Positions 60,111 to 64,000 of a stretch of DNA of 64,000 bases are shown here, one piece after another; within the stretch, counting starts at the first letter, position 1, and each line of letters begins with the position of its first letter. This DNA comes from Octopus vulgaris (Eukaryota). The notes under the pieces were generated by a model. That model did no database searches. It saw only the letters and a list, made by a program, of their open reading frames with translations, and was not told the origin of the DNA. Both the position numbers and the translations under genes were made by a program. The stretch covers positions 11,842,001 to 11,906,000 of the forward strand of contig OX597841.1 in NCBI GenBank assembly GCA_951406725.2, written 5' to 3'.

Positions 60111-60470
60111 TCGCACACAGGAGGCGCAGGAGTGGCTGTGTGGTAAGTAGTTGCTCAACTAAAAGCGGTGCTCCAGCATGGCCGCAGTCAAATGACTGAA
60201 ACAAGTAAGAGAAAAAAAAAAAAGAAAGAATTTTTAAAATGAAATTAATCTCTCATAATATTAGTTTCAGGAGTTTTTTTTTTTTCTCTTCAGAAAAATG
60301 GTCCCATGGCTTTCGTATTTTGATTCCTTTTGGGCGTTGCTGAAGTCAGCATTTCAAATTACTGACCGAATGGAGGTGAAACCGAAAGGGCTGTGCCAAA
60401 ACGTCCCAATGAACATTAGGGAATGGGGTCAGCCACATATGAAACGTAATTAAAAGGCAGTATCACTTAC

Positions 60471-60590
60471 CTCGTTAGCTGCATGGTTTGTCTTACACGA
60501 TTGACAGTAACGAGCACTGTACCAAGCTCGAGAGAGAGGGATACGCTGGTGCTTGCCTCCACACTTGTCACAGTTCATCATATTAGCTTC
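60471..60590 (-). CDS. DNAJC14: DNAJC14 Jiv-domain zinc-finger exon
   Basis: ttctcag|EANMMNCDKCGGKHQR...SARYCQSCKTNHAANE|gtaagt; 120 nt, phase 0-0; two CxxC..H motifs. Confidence 0.93.
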
Positions 60591-60850
60591 CTGAGAAAAC
60601 AGATACAAACACAGGATTATATACATACATACATACATATATATATATTTTTTTTTTCTTTTACTTCGAAATTTGCTATTAAATTGTGGTTTTGGCCGTG
60701 TTGGCTGCTATTTCTAGCATGTAAAATTTACCTGTTAAAGGGTAATTTTCTATTTAAAAATATGAATATGTTGTCTATTGACTATTTATACATGCTGGGT
60801 TACTGGTGGTGATATTTATAACGAATATTCATCACTCTATATATGTATCT

Positions 60851-60892
<42 letters not shown>

Positions 60893-61157
60893 CATTGATA
60901 ATTTATATATAATAGTCATTTTTGAATATTTATGTAATTAGATATAGATTAATACCGATATTAGATTATTGGTGGGTTTCCTACCTTATAAATTAAAATT
61001 AATATTTAACATTATAGTCGATTTTGATATAATCATAATTGTTAAGTTTTATGTTTCTAGTTTGATAATAGAGTTTATTATAAGTAAAATTATTATATTA
61101 TTTATATCTTTAAAATATTGTTTAAATATTTCTGATTATTTTTTAGATATTTCAATT

Positions 61158-61251
61158 AACCTGAAGATTGACTGTAACCACAACTCGAATTATTAATTGA
61201 ATTTAAATTATTGTTATTCGAATTGTACAGCCATGAAACGATCGTAGTGTT
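61158..61251 (+). ncRNA. Type I hammerhead ribozyme motif with long stem II
   Basis: aac-CTGAAGA-ttgactgt[...cgaat..attcg...]acagccat-GAAA-cgatcg-TA-gtgtt; palindromic stem III, weak stem I. Confidence 0.65.
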
Positions 61252-61390
61252 TTACTCATTATCTTTTATTAAACTTTTAATACTTTTGATATATATTTAA
61301 AATAATATAAATTAAATTAATTTTATGTATTGGCTTATGTTTTTCATTATTTGATTTGCCTAATAGTGGTTTTATCTCTAATTTATTATA

Positions 61391-61420
<30 letters not shown>

Positions 61421-61423
<3 letters not shown>

Positions 61424-61701
61424 CTTAATAATTATGGTTCAGCAGAGATTTGCTTTACCACATACCGAAGTTTAGAAATAGCAGCCAAAAAACGTTAGCT
61501 ATTTCTTCTACTTTAAAAGGGACTCCCAGAAAAACCAAAATACTTGAAAACAAACCACAAGTATTTCAAGTATTCAAGTATTTTGGTTTTTCTGGGAGTC
61601 CCTTTTTAAAGTAGAAGAAATAGCTAACGTTTTTTGGTTGCTATTTCTAAACTTTGGTATGTGGTAAAGCCAATCTTTGCTGAACCCTAATTATTAAGTA
61701 T
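61421..61701. repeat. Fold-back hairpin, ~128 bp arms, in a DNAJC14 intron
   Basis: ATACTTAATAATTA..CCAAAATACTTGAA / TTCAAGTATTTTGG..TAATTATTAAGTAT. Confidence 0.92.
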
Positions 61702-61799
61702 TACTTAAGTTTACCACGAAATGGTCCTTTTTTCATGCCGAATTCTACTTGGTGAAATTATTGATTACTTCTTAATTAATTAATTTTACCCTTTGTTAT

Positions 61800-61857
<58 letters not shown>

Positions 61858-61858
<1 letters not shown>

Positions 61859-62253
61859 TAGCAGTATCGCTTGGCGTTGCTCGGGTTTGTAAGGGAAATA
61901 ACTATATAAGCATTTTTAGAGATGTAAAGTATAATAGCCATCTCAATATGGCTAACCACAAAGGGGGGTGTTACTGTAGCTTTTTACGTTCTGAGATTTA
62001 ATAATAAATTTTTAGAGAGTTACTTCCTTTATATAATAGCAAAAAAAATGCGTTAAAAATGGGAAAAAATGGTAAATTTTTTTTTAAATCATAGACTCAT
62101 CGTAGACGCGCACTAATACCCAGAAGGGCTCGATATGAATCACGACTATAAGATACCCGCTTTTGGTTACACTGCACCGCAAAATGTGTGAGTAGTTAGG
62201 AATCTAAATCGTAGGAGACAGACAGCACAAAACCTCACTTTCATATATAAAGA
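61858..62253 (-). mobile_element. Non-autonomous Helitron
   Basis: Same family as 11824-12129: 5' TC, 3' hairpin and CTAG. Confidence 0.8.
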
Positions 62254-62278
62254 TGAGAGAGAAATATATATGACTTAC

Positions 62279-62326
62279 CTTCTTAAATTTCTCATTCAGT
62301 TTCTCCAAAAGATCAGCAAAATCTTT
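62279..62326 (-). CDS. DNAJC14: DNAJC14 short exon (helix before the Jiv domain)
   Basis: tttgtag|KDFADLLEKLNEKFKK|gtaagt; 48 nt, phase 0-0. Confidence 0.8.
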
Positions 62327-62469
62327 CTACAAATATAAAGACACCTCTTAGTGTTGTCTCTCACACACACACACACGCATCATTTTTTAGATGTATAATT
62401 ATATTTAGAATATTTTACAACCTCCAGGTATATTTATTTATATTTTATTTTATTTATTTTTTTTTTTTT

Positions 62470-62962
62470 ATCTAGTTTCAGCTCACAAGCTGTGGCCATG
62501 CTGGGGCACCGCCATTTGGTGTTGCTACATGATTTTACTTCACGAATGCTTTTTAGCAATTGCCATTTGGTGCATGAGAGAGTTCGATGCAGCTGCCCTC
62601 ATCTGCACCCCCTGCCGTGAAGTTGGTTCATCTGGGACACCTGACAAGAAGAGATCCAGTTTTATTTTAAAGACATCTGCATCCACCCCATGCAGGTCTC
62701 TTAGGTTCTTCGGGAGGATATTGAAGAGCTGTGGGCCTCGGAAGCCCAGGCTATCACTGTATCTTGTCCTACATCTTGATGGCAAATTTGGAGTCCTTGG
62801 CACTATGCAGTGGCGCCCAGTTCTGGCATTTGTGTAACTCTCGATGCCAAAGTTTGGGACAAGTCCTTCTAGGATCTTCCAGATGTATATTATGGCATAT
62901 CTTTCTCGCCTACGCTTTAAGGAATAGAGTCTCAATCTCTTGAGTCTTTCCCAATAGCTTAT
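62470..62962 (-). mobile_element. 3' fragment of a CR1-group LINE
   Basis: SYWERLKRLRLYSLKRRRERY...GPQLFNILP..; same family as 37022-39560. Confidence 0.88.
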
Positions 62963-62969
62963 TTGGGAT

Positions 62970-63354
62970 TGGAAGCACTCCGTCGGTTACGACGACGAGG
63001 GTTCCGGTTGATCCGAATCAACGGAACAGCCTGCTCATGAAATTAACGTGTAAGTGGCTGAGCACTCCACAGACACGTGTACCCTTAACATAGTTCTCGG
63101 GGATATTCAGGGTGACACAGAGAGTGACAAGGCCGGCCCTTTGAAATTACAGGTACAACAGAAACAGGAAGTAAGAGTGAGAGAAAGTTGTGGTGGAAGA
63201 GTACAGCAGGGATCACCACCATCCCCTGCCGGAGCCTCGTGGACCTTTTAGGTGTTTTCGCTCAATAAACACTCACAACGCCCGGTCTGGAATCGAAGCC
63301 GCGATCCTATGACCGCGAGTCCGCTGCCCTAACCACTGGGCCATTGCGCCTCCA
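62970..63354 (-). mobile_element. SINE family A inserted into the LINE fragment
   Basis: Full copy flanked by the direct repeat CCCAATAGCTTAT (TSD-like). Confidence 0.88.
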
Positions 63355-63769
63355 CCCCAATAGCTTATATATGCTGCACAGAGGCTATGTTTGTGTGTGT
63401 ATGTGTACTTGTGTGTGTGTGAGTACATAAACATGTGTGTGTATACATTTTTCCCCACCTCTCACTGTCGATCAACCCCTCTCTTCACAATCACTCTGTA
63501 TCCAATCGTCAATCACACTGGCCACCCCTTTTCCACCCACCCTCGTTCTTCATTGCTCCTCTCTTCAGTTCCTTGACTCCAGAATCCTGTGTGAATGAAC
63601 GCATCACAGAATGGCGAGGACTCTCTAATCTCACGGTATACAAGGTGACTCCACCTATGTAGGGGCCACTGTAATTCCAGCTAGGACACACCATAAAGTG
63701 ACTGATGAGTGAAGGAAGTCCAGAGATTGAAGGGAACAACAAGACGGAAACTGAAAGAAGCCCGTCGTA

Positions 63770-63809
<40 letters not shown>

Positions 63810-64000
63810 TGTGTGTGTTTGTGTGTCTGTGTTTGTCCCCCTAGCATTGCTTGACAACTGATGCTGGTGTGTTTATGTCCCCGTTATTTAGCGGTTCGGC
63901 AAAAGAGACCGATAGAATAAGTACTGGGCTTACAAAAGAATAAGTCCCGGGGTCTTACCTAGTTATTCCACCAAAGGGTTTTACCAAAGACATGGCAGTC

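Overview
Eukaryotic, AT-rich, microsatellite-saturated animal DNA. The SINE families and repeat landscape look like an Octopus (coleoid cephalopod) genome; this is an inference. Three spliced genes can be built by hand. (1) On +, the last five coding exons of an SVEP1/polydom-like gene (sushi + 3 EGF + short tail, 4367-12495). (2) On -, a complete two-coding-exon GT10 alpha-1,3-fucosyltransferase, FucTA-like, 418 aa (42111-41177 joined to 28019-27698). (3) On -, the last five coding exons of DNAJC14 (Jiv domain and basic tail, 62326-56999). Most of the rest is mobile DNA: Penelope-like elements (PLEs) of three lineages, including a near-complete RT + GIY-YIG copy; CR1-group LINEs; four SINE-like families; Tc1 and mariner remnants; hAT, piggyBac and Merlin-like MITEs; two Helitrons; and minisatellites. 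The main structure the ORF track misses is PLE-linked. About 15 type I hammerhead-ribozyme motifs occur, some canonical and five with a U3-A8 swap of the C3-G8 pair. There is also a size series of fold-back (inverted) insertions from 0.1 to 2.8 kb beside (TA)n tracts, one of which keeps a readable twin-priming-like junction. PLE hammerheads and inverted PLE ends are known in general; their density, the variant core and their possible role as dsRNA sources inside host transcripts are what merit testing. All coordinates were read by eye and no searches were run.
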